A stretch of DNA of 64,000 nt from positions 32,001-96,000 of the IMG/VR virus record IMGVR_UViG_3300017917_002108; one strand, written 5' to 3'. Below, piece after piece: positions 47,305-57,385 of the stretch (positions are counted from its first letter, which is position 1; each line of letters begins with the position of its first letter). The notes below the pieces were generated by a model. The model did not search any database, was not told where the DNA came from, and saw nothing but the letters and a program-made list of their open reading frames with translations. Origin of the DNA: a virus. Both the position numbers and the translations under genes were made by a program.

Positions 47305-49974
47305 ATGAGTTACGTTGACGCATTCTACGATCGCGACGACGACACAATCCGTGTTGTTGAACGTGATGACAAGGGTCAGAGGCATTTCAAAGATTACCCT
47401 GCCAAACATCTATTCTATTATAGAGATCCCAAAGGTAAATTCCAAAGCATTTATGGAGAACCGTTATCTAGGGTTTCATGTAAGAACATCAAAGAACTTC
47501 GCAAAGAACTTGCGATACATTCAAATAAAAAATTATACGAATCCGATATAAATCCTATCTATCGGTGTCTCGAAGATCATTATCTAAATCAAGATGCTCC
47601 TAAACTTAATGTAGCATTTTTTGACATCGAGGTAGACTTTGATCCAGAACGTGGTTATGCATCACCAGACGATGCATTCATGCCTATTACCGCTATCGCT
47701 GTTCATTTGCAATGGATGGATACTCTTGTATGCTTGGCTATTCCGCCTAAAACACTTTCCATGCAAGAAGCTAAAAAAGCCGTAGAAGAATTCCCCAATA
47801 CCATGTTGTTCGATAACGAAGCAGACATGTTAGACACATTCTTAGATCTCATACAAGATGCAGATGTATTAAGCGGTTGGAATTCAGAAGGCTTTGATAT
47901 TCCCTATACTGTTAATCGTGTTACCAAAGTTCTAAGCAAAGAAGACACACGTAGATTCTGTCTTTGGAATTGCTATCCCAAAAAACGTGAATATGAAAAG
48001 TATGGCAAAACTGCTGTTACCTATGATCTCATAGGTCGAGTACATCTAGACAGTCTCGAACTTTATAGAAAATATACCTATGAAGAACGACATACCTATC
48101 GATTAGATGCCATCGGTGAGATGGAAATTGGAGAAAATAAAACTGTCTATGAAGGCACATTAGATCAATTATACAATAATGACTTCAAAAAGTTTATTGA
48201 ATATAATAGACAAGATTGTGCATTGTTAGATAAACTTGATAAGAAACTAAAATTTTTAGATTTGGCCAATACACTGGCTCATGAATGTACTGTTCTACTA
48301 CAAACTACCATGGGGGCTGTGGCTGTTACTGAGCAAGCAATTATCAATGAAGCTCATAAACGAGGGATGATCGTTCCTAATCGTAAGAAGATGGATGAAC
48401 AAGGTGATACACAGGCCGCCGGTGCCTATGTGGCATATCCTAAGAAAGGCATACATGAGTGGATTGGTTCTCTTGATATTAATAGTCTTTATCCTTCTGC
48501 TATTAGAGCTTTGAATATGGGTCCAGAAACCATCGTAGGCCAATTGCGTCAAGACGGTACTAAGGCGCATATCGAATCCGAAATGGCCAAGGGAAAATCA
48601 TTTGCTGCTGCGTGGGAAGGGATGTTTGGTAGCGTAGAATACACATCGGTGATGTCTAAAGAAGTGGGTAGAGAAATTACTATCGATTGGGAAGAAGGTA
48701 ATCATGATACCCTAAGTGCTGCTCAAATTTATAATCTTATATTTGAATCAAATCAGCCGTGGATGATCTCCGCTAACGGTACTATCTTTACCTATGAGAA
48801 AGAAGGAATCATTCCAGGTCTGTTGAAACGTTGGTACGCTGAACGTAAAGACATGCAGAAGAAACTTAAAGAATCTATTGCAGCCGGTAATAAGATCGAA
48901 GAAGAATATTGGGACAAACGTCAGTTGGTCAAGAAAATTAACTTGAACAGTTTATATGGTGCTATTCTTAATCCTGGCTGTCGTTTCTTTGATAACAGAA
49001 TTGGACAATCAACAACATTGACAGGTCGAGCTATTGCTAAACATATGGCTGGTAAAGTCAATGAAATCATCACAGGTACATTTGATCATATAGGCAAGGC
49101 GATTATCTATGGTGACACTGACTCATGTTACTTTTCAGCATACAACACTCTTAAAAAAGACATAGACAAAGGTTCCATACCTTGGAGTAAAGAGAATATT
49201 ATTGAGCTCTATGATACCATAGGCGAAGAAGTAAATTCAACATTCCCTAAATTTATGCAGGATGCGTTTCATTGTCCTAAGACTCGAGGAGAAGTGATCA
49301 AGGCCGGTCGAGAAATTGTCGCATCAAAAGGACTTTTCATTACCAAGAAACGTTATGCTGTTCTTTACTATGACAAAGAAGGCAAGCGTCAAGATGTAGA
49401 CGGAAAGACTGGTAAGATCAAAGCCATGGGACTTGATCTCAAACGTTCGGATACTCCTGTGGTCATTCAAGACTTTTTAAGTGATGTACTGACTCGTGTT
49501 CTTAATGGTGAGAATCGAGATGATATTCTTACCTATATCACGGATTTCCGCACTGAGTTCAAGACCAGACCCGGTTGGGAGAAGGGTTCGCCTAAACGTG
49601 CCAACAACATTACAGAATACGCTGCCAAGGAAAAGAAAGCAGGCAAAGCCAATATGCCAGGGCATGTTCGTGCAAGTCTTAACTGGAATACTTTGAAACG
49701 TATGATGGATGACAAGTACTCAATGAACATAGTCGATGGTATGAAGGTCATTGTCTGTAAGATCAAAGACAATCCCATGGGCTATACTTCAGTGGCATAT
49801 CCTGTAGACGAACTTAGATTACCTCAGTGGTTCAAAGATATGCCGTTCAACGACGCAGAGATGGAAAATGCGATCATTGACGAAAAACTAGAAAACTTAA
49901 TTGGCGTTCTAGAATGGGACATCGGTTCGACAAGATCCGATAATAATTTCAACAAATTATTTGATTTTGAGTGA
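47305..49974 (+). CDS. Family B DNA polymerase (T4 gp43-like)
   Basis: Exo FDIE, GWNSEGFD, YNRQD; Pol DINSLYPS, KINLNSLYG, YGDTDS; start moved to ATG 47305 after GGAG. Confidence 0.97.
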   Translation: MSYVDAFYDRDDDTIRVVERDDKGQRHFKDYPAKHLFYYRDPKGKFQSIYGEPLSRVSCKNIKELRKELAIHSNKKLYESDINPIYRCLEDHYLNQDAPKLNVAFFDIEVDFDPERGYASPDDAFMPITAIAVHLQWMDTLVCLAIPPKTLSMQEAKKAVEEFPNTMLFDNEADMLDTFLDLIQDADVLSGWNSEGFDIPYTVNRVTKVLSKEDTRRFCLWNCYPKKREYEKYGKTAVTYDLIGRVHLDSLELYRKYTYEERHTYRLDAIGEMEIGENKTVYEGTLDQLYNNDFKKFIEYNRQDCALLDKLDKKLKFLDLANTLAHECTVLLQTTMGAVAVTEQAIINEAHKRGMIVPNRKKMDEQGDTQAAGAYVAYPKKGIHEWIGSLDINSLYPSAIRALNMGPETIVGQLRQDGTKAHIESEMAKGKSFAAAWEGMFGSVEYTSVMSKEVGREITIDWEEGNHDTLSAAQIYNLIFESNQPWMISANGTIFTYEKEGIIPGLLKRWYAERKDMQKKLKESIAAGNKIEEEYWDKRQLVKKINLNSLYGAILNPGCRFFDNRIGQSTTLTGRAIAKHMAGKVNEIITGTFDHIGKAIIYGDTDSCYFSAYNTLKKDIDKGSIPWSKENIIELYDTIGEEVNSTFPKFMQDAFHCPKTRGEVIKAGREIVASKGLFITKKRYAVLYYDKEGKRQDVDGKTGKIKAMGLDLKRSDTPVVIQDFLSDVLTRVLNGENRDDILTYITDFRTEFKTRPGWEKGSPKRANNITEYAAKEKKAGKANMPGHVRASLNWNTLKRMMDDKYSMNIVDGMKVIVCKIKDNPMGYTSVAYPVDELRLPQWFKDMPFNDAEMENAIIDEKLENLIGVLEWDIGSTRSDNNFNKLFDFE

Positions 49975-49982
49975 TTTCTAGG

Positions 49983-50011
49983 TTGCTTTTTACTCACGAT
50001 CTAAATATAAT
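49983..50011 (+). promoter_or_regulatory. Sigma70-type promoter overlapping a TAAATA late core
   Basis: TTGCTT-17 nt-TATAAT; TAAATA 50002-50007. Confidence 0.6.
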
Positions 50012-50036
50012 CTTAATATACATGGAGACTCTCTAA

Positions 50037-50774
50037 ATGAAGGACATTTTACAAGACATCGTAAGCCATACACAAAATCTAGGCTTCTTAACCACAGTCA
50101 AAGTCACAGGCTCAGATGATAAGACACAGATCTTTTCTATGGCTGATGACAGATCGGTTATCATGGAGGCAGAAACTGCTAATCCATATTCGGATATGAT
50201 TGGTACTTTTGGTATGCCGCAGTTACAAAAGTTGAAATATCTCGTAGACGGTGCTGAATATCGTGACGAAGCTAAGATCAATATTACTTTTGCCGAAAGG
50301 AATGGCGAAACTATTCCTGTGGGTATTCACTTTGAAAACAAAGACGGCGACTTCAAGAACGACTATCGCTTTATGAATCAGGAAATCATCAACGAAAAGA
50401 TGAAGACCGTTAAGTTCCGCGGTGTTAAGTGGGACGTAGAGATTGAGCCAACTGTGGCAGCGGTACAGCGTTTTAACTTTCAAGCAGGTGCGCACAACGA
50501 ACATCCGACTTTTCTTGCCAAAACTGAGAATAGTAATCTAAAATTTATTTTTGGTGATGCATCAACTCATGCAGGTGAATTTATTTTTGCGCAGAATGTA
50601 GTAGGCAAACTGGACAGAGGTTGGACCTGGCCAGTGTTACCTATTCTAAGCATCCTTAAAATTGCCGATGTTAATAACACTAAAATGTCATTGAGTAACG
50701 AAGGTGCTATTCAGATCACTCTAGACAGCGGTCTTGCTACTTACAAATACATTATTCCAGCACAGGCGGCCTAA
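50037..50774 (+). CDS. Sliding clamp (gp45/PCNA-like), probable
   Basis: 245 aa, directly after PolB, PCNA-like alpha/beta pattern ending YKYIIPA; clamp loader present. Confidence 0.65.
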   Translation: MKDILQDIVSHTQNLGFLTTVKVTGSDDKTQIFSMADDRSVIMEAETANPYSDMIGTFGMPQLQKLKYLVDGAEYRDEAKINITFAERNGETIPVGIHFENKDGDFKNDYRFMNQEIINEKMKTVKFRGVKWDVEIEPTVAAVQRFNFQAGAHNEHPTFLAKTENSNLKFIFGDASTHAGEFIFAQNVVGKLDRGWTWPVLPILSILKIADVNNTKMSLSNEGAIQITLDSGLATYKYIIPAQAA

Positions 50775-51142
50775 TGATTAATAACATTAGTAGTTCTAGC
50801 CAGCATCTCTATGCCGCAGGAGGTAGTTCAATGCCCTATGTGTCAGTGAATCATAATAATCCTTCATCAGGCATGTTACGTCTCAATGGTTCCGATATGG
50901 AAGTGTTTGACGGCAATACATGGATGAAAATTTATGCCAGTTCTGCCAACGTCGGCCTAAATAGTGATGCGGAACAGGCTGTTTCTTGGGCCATCAAACG
51001 TATGAAACAAGAAAAAGAGTGGTATGAGTTGGCTACAACTAATGAAGCAGTTCGTATAGCATTAGATCAGTTAGAACAGGCAAAGACAAGATTAGAACTC
51101 ACAACAATATTGGCAAAAGAACATGAACAGACAACCAGTTAA
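50774..51142 (+). CDS. Hypothetical protein
   Basis: 122 aa ORF, TAATG overlap. Confidence 0.65.
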   Translation: MINNISSSSQHLYAAGGSSMPYVSVNHNNPSSGMLRLNGSDMEVFDGNTWMKIYASSANVGLNSDAEQAVSWAIKRMKQEKEWYELATTNEAVRIALDQLEQAKTRLELTTILAKEHEQTTS

Positions 51143-52664
51143 TTTAACACCTTTACAGAAAGACTATGCCGTTTATCTACCTGCGATAAGTTGTTTCTTT
51201 TCTACCTATATCAGTAAACAGAGATTTGATAAATTTGTACCGGACGATAGGATTCCTCAGGGATTTGATCGTGGTATCGAAGGTATGAATTTTCTAAATC
51301 CTGAACAAGGGTATTTTACCTACAAGTATGGTCTGTATTCTGCGGGTCATGCACAATTAGATCTTGAAAAAACAATAATTCAAGATGCAATGATCCAAGA
51401 TAGAGATCGTAATAATACGGTAATCGTTGGCGATTCAGGTGGTTATCAAATTGGTAAAGGCGTTCTTAAATTTGATTGGCACAACTTCGAAGGCACAAGC
51501 GCCAATGCTACTAGAGATAAGATCCTCAATTGGCTCGAGCTGACCGCAGATTGGAGTATGTTGCTGGACGTCCCTACTTGGGCTAGTGATCACATACATA
51601 GTCCAAAAACCGGATTGAAAAGTTTTGAAGATTGTCTAAATAAGACTCTACACAATAATGACTACTTTATTCGTAATAGACTAGGACAGACTAAGTTTCT
51701 CAATGTCTTACAAGGCAGTGATTGGGAAACTGCACAAACTTGGTACGAAGCAGTAAAACATCTACCAACTGAAGGTTGGGCCATGGGTGGTAAGAACATG
51801 TGTGACATGGAAGTCGCACTCAAAAGACTTATCATCCTTCGTGATGACAAACTGTTAGATGATAGAAATTGGATGCACTTCTTAGGAACAGCTCAATTAG
51901 ATTGGAGTTGTTATCTAACCCTGATTCAAAGACAGATTAGGAAACATGTTAATGAAAACTTTACCATTTCTTTTGACTGCGCATCACCCTTCATTGCAAC
52001 CGCACACGGACTTGTCTACACCAACGCCCAACACACTAACAAACGCTGGTCAGTCATCATGGACAAAGCCCCAGACAACAAAGCCCTTAGCCAGGCTTTT
52101 AATGTCCCCTTTCCGTTCGAATCAGAAATCGGACGTAGATTGTCAATCGGAGACATTTGCTGGTATAAACCGGGCATGTTGAATAAGGTTGGCAAAGAAG
52201 GTAAGACATCGTGGGATAGTTTTGGTTATGCGCTAATGATGGCACATAATACATACTGCCATATTGTTGCTGTACAACGTGCTAATCAATTGATGGATAT
52301 CGAAACAACAAAGATCAGTCCTAACTGGCGCCAATGGAAGAATCTCAAAGACATGGACAAAAGCGATGAATATTCCGAATGGGTTCCTCGCAATATTCTA
52401 TACTTCCATAATTTTGTAGAAGAATTATTCAAGAGCGAAACTCCTATGCAGATGATTGAAGATGCTAGACCCATGTTGAATAAAATGATGGGCATGCGCC
52501 TACGTGGTGGTAACGCTAATAACACTTTTAACAAACATTTTGAAAGTGAAGAAATCGTACTAGATAAGTCAGTGTCACAGGTATCGGCCATGCCAGTACT
52601 AGATGAAGATAAATTGGATGAGCTTGCTCATGAGTTTTTAGAACAGGAGGCTAATAATGTATGA
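51123..52664 (+). CDS. dpdA: TGT-fold DNA base-exchange enzyme (DpdA-like 7-deazaguanine transglycosylase)
   Basis: DSGGYQ, LDVP, NVLQG, GWAMGG, HFLG, SFDCASP TGT motifs; clustered with folE/queE. Confidence 0.78.
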   Translation: MNRQPVNLTPLQKDYAVYLPAISCFFSTYISKQRFDKFVPDDRIPQGFDRGIEGMNFLNPEQGYFTYKYGLYSAGHAQLDLEKTIIQDAMIQDRDRNNTVIVGDSGGYQIGKGVLKFDWHNFEGTSANATRDKILNWLELTADWSMLLDVPTWASDHIHSPKTGLKSFEDCLNKTLHNNDYFIRNRLGQTKFLNVLQGSDWETAQTWYEAVKHLPTEGWAMGGKNMCDMEVALKRLIILRDDKLLDDRNWMHFLGTAQLDWSCYLTLIQRQIRKHVNENFTISFDCASPFIATAHGLVYTNAQHTNKRWSVIMDKAPDNKALSQAFNVPFPFESEIGRRLSIGDICWYKPGMLNKVGKEGKTSWDSFGYALMMAHNTYCHIVAVQRANQLMDIETTKISPNWRQWKNLKDMDKSDEYSEWVPRNILYFHNFVEELFKSETPMQMIEDARPMLNKMMGMRLRGGNANNTFNKHFESEEIVLDKSVSQVSAMPVLDEDKLDELAHEFLEQEANNV

Positions 52665-52866
52665 AAATCGAATCAAGCATTTACAAGAATCACATCGACT
52701 TCTTGACAATCAAATTGAAACATTGATGAAAAATGGACTCTATGAAGATCTAAAACTAGAAGAATTGAAGAAACAAAGGTTGCTTTTCAAGGACGAAATT
52801 GCTAGACTTACTAGACTGCAATGGGAACATGATCACGAAACCGTAGATTATGACGAAGAAAGATAA
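52657..52866 (+). CDS. DUF465/YdcH-like coiled-coil protein
   Basis: H..LD..I.....LKKQRL..KDEI. Confidence 0.7.
   Translation: MYENRIKHLQESHRLLDNQIETLMKNGLYEDLKLEELKKQRLLFKDEIARLTRLQWEHDHETVDYDEER
52780..52808 (+). promoter_or_regulatory. Sigma70-type promoter
   Basis: TTGCTT-17 nt-TAGACT with extended TG. Confidence 0.5.
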
Positions 52867-52867
52867 T

Positions 52868-53059
52868 ATGATTTTACTTAGAAAAGATATAACACAGATT
52901 CAAAATATCCTAGATAAATTTCCCAACATATCTAGTTTTGAAATCAATCAAGACAATAGCAGTGGCATTGGCTCAGTAGTCACCATGACATTCGATCATC
53001 AGATAGAAGATATTCAAGGATCTTTTACTGTAGAAATTTCAGGCATAGAAAGTTGGTAA
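52868..53059 (+). CDS. Hypothetical protein
   Basis: Small ORF in operon; start uncertain (52850 or 52868). Confidence 0.6.
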   Translation: MILLRKDITQIQNILDKFPNISSFEINQDNSSGIGSVVTMTFDHQIEDIQGSFTVEISGIESW

Positions 53060-53061
53060 TC

Positions 53062-53469
53062 ATGTATACAGAAGAACAATACGAAGAATTTCAAAATCGT
53101 ATGCACGAACGTTTTCCTAAAATGTTTGCGGGAAAATATGGCGGCTTTGCCTGTGCACCAGGTTGGTGGCCTATGCTAGAAAATCTTTGCGAAGTTATAC
53201 AATCTCATATTGATCATAAAAAGGGCGAATGCTCTCAGGTTATCGTAGAACAAATCAAAGAAAAGTTTGGCACACTAAGATTTTATGTCAGCGGCGGTGA
53301 CGAATATACCAACGGTGCTATTTCTCTAGCAGAAAGCCTAAGCGGACATATGTGTGAGGAATGCGGTGCTCCTGGTAAGCGTGTCAGCGGAGGCTGGATT
53401 AAAACACTGTGCGAATTTCATATAGCCGAAAAAGAAGCACTTAAGGCTAATACTGTTAAGGAAGATTAA
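53062..53469 (+). CDS. Phage Zn-finger hypothetical protein
   Basis: QIKEKFGTLRFY...CEECG...WIKTLC..H. Confidence 0.7.
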   Translation: MYTEEQYEEFQNRMHERFPKMFAGKYGGFACAPGWWPMLENLCEVIQSHIDHKKGECSQVIVEQIKEKFGTLRFYVSGGDEYTNGAISLAESLSGHMCEECGAPGKRVSGGWIKTLCEFHIAEKEALKANTVKED

Positions 53470-54026
53470 TGAAAAGAGATTACTCGTCCGGAGTATCTGA
53501 CAATATCACCTTCTTTACAGGTGTTGAAATTGAACGGACTCCTGCATATCAAATGAAAACTCTATTTGTTGTAGGAGTTCATGATCCGTACGACATCCTA
53601 GAAATAGTAACAGAAAGTAGATCATATTTAGACGAGTCTAAGCATATTCGTCATATCTATTTTGGTGCCAACCAAAGTTTTAAGACCAGCGGTGTAAACG
53701 ATGTCGAAACTTGGCGTTCGTGGGAAAATATGATTTATGTATGTCTAGATTCTAAATATGATCTTTGGTGTACTCTAGATTTTGATGTATCCGAAACGGA
53801 GGGATTGCTAGAAAGCGGTCTTACCGAAAAGCGTAGATTTATTCCGCAAATTAGTGTAAAATTACCTTATATTAATCAACTAGGCTATAACGCTACACTG
53901 AAGATAGACGACAAAGATTTTTGTGCAACTAATCCTGGGGTATGGTGCCATAACCTACAGGATCTAATGGGTAGAGATAAGTTTACCGATTGGGATCAAT
54001 ATGGCAAGGACGAGATAATCAAATGA
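53469..54026 (+). CDS. Uncharacterised alpha/beta protein inside deazaguanine locus
   Basis: 185 aa; motif-rich (GVEIERTP, TLFVVG, HIYFGANQSF, TDWDQY..D). Confidence 0.7.
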   Translation: MKRDYSSGVSDNITFFTGVEIERTPAYQMKTLFVVGVHDPYDILEIVTESRSYLDESKHIRHIYFGANQSFKTSGVNDVETWRSWENMIYVCLDSKYDLWCTLDFDVSETEGLLESGLTEKRRFIPQISVKLPYINQLGYNATLKIDDKDFCATNPGVWCHNLQDLMGRDKFTDWDQYGKDEIIK

Positions 54027-54376
54027 GTGGTTATGGACAAGCGATAGGTTATACTAATCAGGCAAAAGTGTCTGCGATTAGACCTGCTCGTAAAGTGAGG
54101 AAACAAAAAGTGAAACTTACATTGAAACAACGATTTCGCAATTGGTTAAATGACACTGAAGAGGCCGATGTTCCTCAATTAGTAGAGTCAGATAGATTGT
54201 CTAGTGAAGGTATGCGTCTGCAGGTTCATAGAGCCAATGGCGGTTATGTTATAGAAACTCGTCACTATGACCATCAAAAAGATCGACACTATAATAATAT
54301 CCATATCATCACAGACAGCGACGATCTAGGAAATAAATTAGGTCAAATCATAATGATGGAGGCATTGAAGCGATGA
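54023..54376 (+). CDS. Hypothetical protein
   Basis: Start re-assigned to 54023 (ATGA overlap). Confidence 0.6.
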   Translation: MSGYGQAIGYTNQAKVSAIRPARKVRKQKVKLTLKQRFRNWLNDTEEADVPQLVESDRLSSEGMRLQVHRANGGYVIETRHYDHQKDRHYNNIHIITDSDDLGNKLGQIIMMEALKR

Positions 54377-54576
54377 AAGAATTTACAGTAAAAGAAAATC
54401 AGGGTTTTAGATTACGTGTAAAGAGTTGGAAGTGTCTCAGTCCTTCTAATCTAAATAGCATCGAATTTATAAATGAATCTCTAAACGAAGAGGGAGAAGT
54501 AACAACTGCATCAACATATAATTTCTTTATGGATGACATAGAAATCAAAACTCTGTGCGAAGGAATGCTTAAGTGA
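54373..54576 (+). CDS. Hypothetical protein
   Basis: 67 aa ORF with overlaps at both ends. Confidence 0.6.
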   Translation: MKEFTVKENQGFRLRVKSWKCLSPSNLNSIEFINESLNEEGEVTTASTYNFFMDDIEIKTLCEGMLK

Positions 54577-54968
54577 TTATCAGACAAGATGTACGCCCAC
54601 ATAAAATGATTTGGGTGACCTTTCGAAAAGAAGGTATCCACAAATATCCGGCAGCCGCAACAGATCCTAATCTAGCAACAGGAGATGAATATGATGTTTC
54701 GTTTTTGGCTAATCCTCATCGCCATATTTTTCACTTTAGGGTTTGGCTTAGTGTCACCCACAATGATAGAGATGTGGAATTTATACAATTCAAGCGATGG
54801 CTCGAAAAACTGTATTCTAGCAACGAAGGTGTACTGTCGCTAGATTATAAAAGTTGTGAGATGATGAGCGACGATTTATATGCTCAGATTCACGCAAAGT
54901 ATCCAGATCGTGAGGTTTGGATTGAGGTCTCCGAAGACGGAGAAAATGGTTCGTTTATCAAATACTAA
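54573..54968 (+). CDS. dpdL: QueD-paralog T-fold protein, DpdL-like (CDG decarboxylase)
   Basis: EGIH, LANPHRHIF (LxxxHRHxF instead of QueD CxxxHGH), SCEM, VSEDGENG. Confidence 0.7.
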   Translation: MIIRQDVRPHKMIWVTFRKEGIHKYPAAATDPNLATGDEYDVSFLANPHRHIFHFRVWLSVTHNDRDVEFIQFKRWLEKLYSSNEGVLSLDYKSCEMMSDDLYAQIHAKYPDREVWIEVSEDGENGSFIKY

Positions 54969-54981
54969 TAAGGAAATAAAA

Positions 54982-55236
54982 ATGGCTCGTAACTACAAGG
55001 ACATCGATTATTTTGCAAGTCGTCCTGATGTTGTGAAAGTCTGGGATGATCTAGACGCCTATCTCGACTATTGTCGATTTGAACTCTGTGAGTTCAACCC
55101 TGCAGATCTTTATCGTAAGGATTCTGCTAATTACCAATCTTACCTAGCAAGTAAGCGACCACGTAGGCCATATCAAGGTAACAAGCCTCGCTGGGATAAC
55201 AACGGAAGACGCAATGGTCAAAGTTTTTCTCGTTGA
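54982..55236 (+). CDS. Hypothetical protein with basic tail
   Basis: AAGGA SD, ATG 54982. Confidence 0.65.
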   Translation: MARNYKDIDYFASRPDVVKVWDDLDAYLDYCRFELCEFNPADLYRKDSANYQSYLASKRPRRPYQGNKPRWDNNGRRNGQSFSR

Positions 55237-56314
55237 TCTAGAAGCTGTTGAAACAAGGTACACAGGCGAGTGGAAAAACCACTTGCCTGCCCTGTTAAGA
55301 AAGAGAGGACACGATGTTCAAATTATCTCTGGTCCTACGGACATTCCTAGTGCCACTACTCCTGGCGCCTTTCTTAATTTTGGCGGGACTAATATCTATA
55401 AGTCTAGCCAAGTTGAGCAGATGGGCCGTTTATTTTGTGACGGAGCCATTCATCCCGGCGATCACTTTATTTTTACTGATGCTTGGCATCCTGGTATCAT
55501 AAATCTAAAGTACATGAGTGAATTACTTGGCATTCCTGTCAAGATTCACGCACTATGGCATGCCGGTAGTTATGATCCCCAAGACTTCTTAGGACGACTC
55601 GTTGGCAACAAGCCTTGGGTGAGACATGCTGAGAAATCTTTCTTTTCAGCTATCGACTATAATTATTTTGCCACAAATTTTCATATCGAACTCTTTGTGA
55701 GAAATTTACTCAACGACGGAACCTGTGAAAATCCATATCTCAACGAGGATCTAGAAGAAATCATCGACGGAGGGTGGCCAAATATTGTAAGAAGTGGATG
55801 GCCGATGGAATATATGGCAGATGCATTAGCCATGTATAAAAATATGCCGAAGCGAAATCTAATACTTTTTCCGCATAGGCTGGCTCCTGAAAAACAATTA
55901 CCGATATTTCAAGATCTAAAAGAGCATCTTCCTCAATATGAATTCAAAATCTGTCAAGAATATCCTTTGACAAAAAATGAATATCATAATATGTTAGGAG
56001 AAGCTAAATTAGTGTTCTCAGCTAATCTACAGGAAACACTAGGTATCAGTTGGTATGAAGGTGCTCTAGTAGATGCTATCCCAATGGTTCCGAACAGACT
56101 CAGCTATAAAGAAATGGCTTTGGACACATTTGTTTATCCCAGCGAATGGACTGAATCTTTCGAAGCATATACCGTATACAGGAAAGAAATCTGTCATAAG
56201 ATAATCCAGTATATGGAAAATTATGAAAAATTTTTACCAAGCCTAAATAAACAGGTAGATATATTAACTAAAAATTTCTTTAGTTGCGATAATCTATTAG
56301 AGATGTTAAAATAA
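55214..56314 (+). CDS. GT-B (GT4-like) glycosyltransferase
   Basis: FPHRLAPEK and ETLGISWYE (EX7E) motifs. Confidence 0.82.
   Translation: MVKVFLVDLEAVETRYTGEWKNHLPALLRKRGHDVQIISGPTDIPSATTPGAFLNFGGTNIYKSSQVEQMGRLFCDGAIHPGDHFIFTDAWHPGIINLKYMSELLGIPVKIHALWHAGSYDPQDFLGRLVGNKPWVRHAEKSFFSAIDYNYFATNFHIELFVRNLLNDGTCENPYLNEDLEEIIDGGWPNIVRSGWPMEYMADALAMYKNMPKRNLILFPHRLAPEKQLPIFQDLKEHLPQYEFKICQEYPLTKNEYHNMLGEAKLVFSANLQETLGISWYEGALVDAIPMVPNRLSYKEMALDTFVYPSEWTESFEAYTVYRKEICHKIIQYMENYEKFLPSLNKQVDILTKNFFSCDNLLEMLK
56284..56312 (+). promoter_or_regulatory. Sigma70-type promoter for folE
   Basis: TTGCGA-17 nt-TAAAAT with extended TG. Confidence 0.55.
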
Positions 56315-56349
56315 TATGTCATCCACGACTATAACTCGGAGAATAACAA

Positions 56350-57183
56350 TTGACAAAATTCATACCAGATCCTGTGCTTAACACAGAGATTAACAGAGAA
56401 TTTAAAAAAGATGAATACGAGCCGCTAGGCAAACCGGTATATGTAAAAAAAGAAACTGCTCTAGATGCTATGGCAGGTGATGGTGGATATGAAGAAGCAT
56501 ATCTCGGTGACCATTTGCGTTTTAAAATGAAACGTGAAGGTAAGCGTTTTTGGGCCGGTGACAACATCAGTGACTTTTTACGCGAAGGTGATAAAGAGCG
56601 TCTAATCGACGAAGCAACAGAGGCATTTGAACTAGTGCTTGATCGTTTACTGATTGATCGAGAAAACGATCCCAACAGCAAAGGTACAGCACGTAGATTG
56701 GCTAAGATGTATTTTAATGAAATCATGTCAGGAAGATATGATTCTCTACCGGACGCAACTGCGTTCCCTAATGATACCGAGGAAAGATATGAAGGCATGT
56801 TGGTTGTTCGTAGTGAGTTGCGTAGTATGTGCTCTCATCATCACCAGCCCGTGGTTGGTGTTGCTTATATTGGCATTATTGCCGCTAGTAAACTTATCGG
56901 CCTATCTAAGTACACACGTATCGCACAGTGGTGTGCAAGACGTGGTACTCTCCAGGAGGAGCTTTGTAATGATATTGCTAGGGAGATCGAACGTGCCACA
57001 GGAGCCAAAGACCTAGGAGTCTATGTTCAGGCCACACATGGTTGTTGCGAGAATAGAGGTATTATGGCACATAGTAGTCTAACACAAACTACTGTGTTAA
57101 AAGGCGCCTTCAAAGAAGATGCAGGTACAAAGAAAGAATTCTTTGATAATATTAAAATGCAACAGGAGTTTGCCCCAAGATGA
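56350..57183 (+). CDS. folE: GTP cyclohydrolase I with N-terminal extension
   Basis: TARRLAKMY, SMCSHH, IGLSKYTR, LQEEL, HGCCENRG; TTG start after GGAG. Confidence 0.95.
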   Translation: MTKFIPDPVLNTEINREFKKDEYEPLGKPVYVKKETALDAMAGDGGYEEAYLGDHLRFKMKREGKRFWAGDNISDFLREGDKERLIDEATEAFELVLDRLLIDRENDPNSKGTARRLAKMYFNEIMSGRYDSLPDATAFPNDTEERYEGMLVVRSELRSMCSHHHQPVVGVAYIGIIAASKLIGLSKYTRIAQWCARRGTLQEELCNDIAREIERATGAKDLGVYVQATHGCCENRGIMAHSSLTQTTVLKGAFKEDAGTKKEFFDNIKMQQEFAPR

Positions 57184-57383
57184 GAAAAGAAATGATCGGT
57201 GTTTTGAAACAACATTTTGAAGCACATATTTTAAAACACAAAATGAATGTAGATATTATGCTAGGCAACCCTAGAGCTATTCCAGAACATACAGATCTTA
57301 TGGATGCTATAGAAAAAGAAGTTGCACAGATTGCCGAGTACATGGATAAACTAGAAGTAATGGAAAAGTACTTTAAGGATTAA
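57180..57383 (+). CDS. Hypothetical protein
   Basis: 67 aa helical ORF. Confidence 0.65.
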   Translation: MRKEMIGVLKQHFEAHILKHKMNVDIMLGNPRAIPEHTDLMDAIEKEVAQIAEYMDKLEVMEKYFKD

Positions 57384-57385
57384 TC

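Noticed and set aside
51123-52664. Ordinary tRNA-guanine transglycosylase (tgt)
   Set aside because: No C-terminal CxCxxC Zn motif, divergent length, and a replication/folE/queE context favouring DNA modification; tRNA activity is not strictly excluded.
56313-56349. preQ1 or other riboswitch ahead of folE
   Set aside because: The leader is about 30 nt with only a 3-bp GTC/GAC hairpin; no recognisable aptamer.
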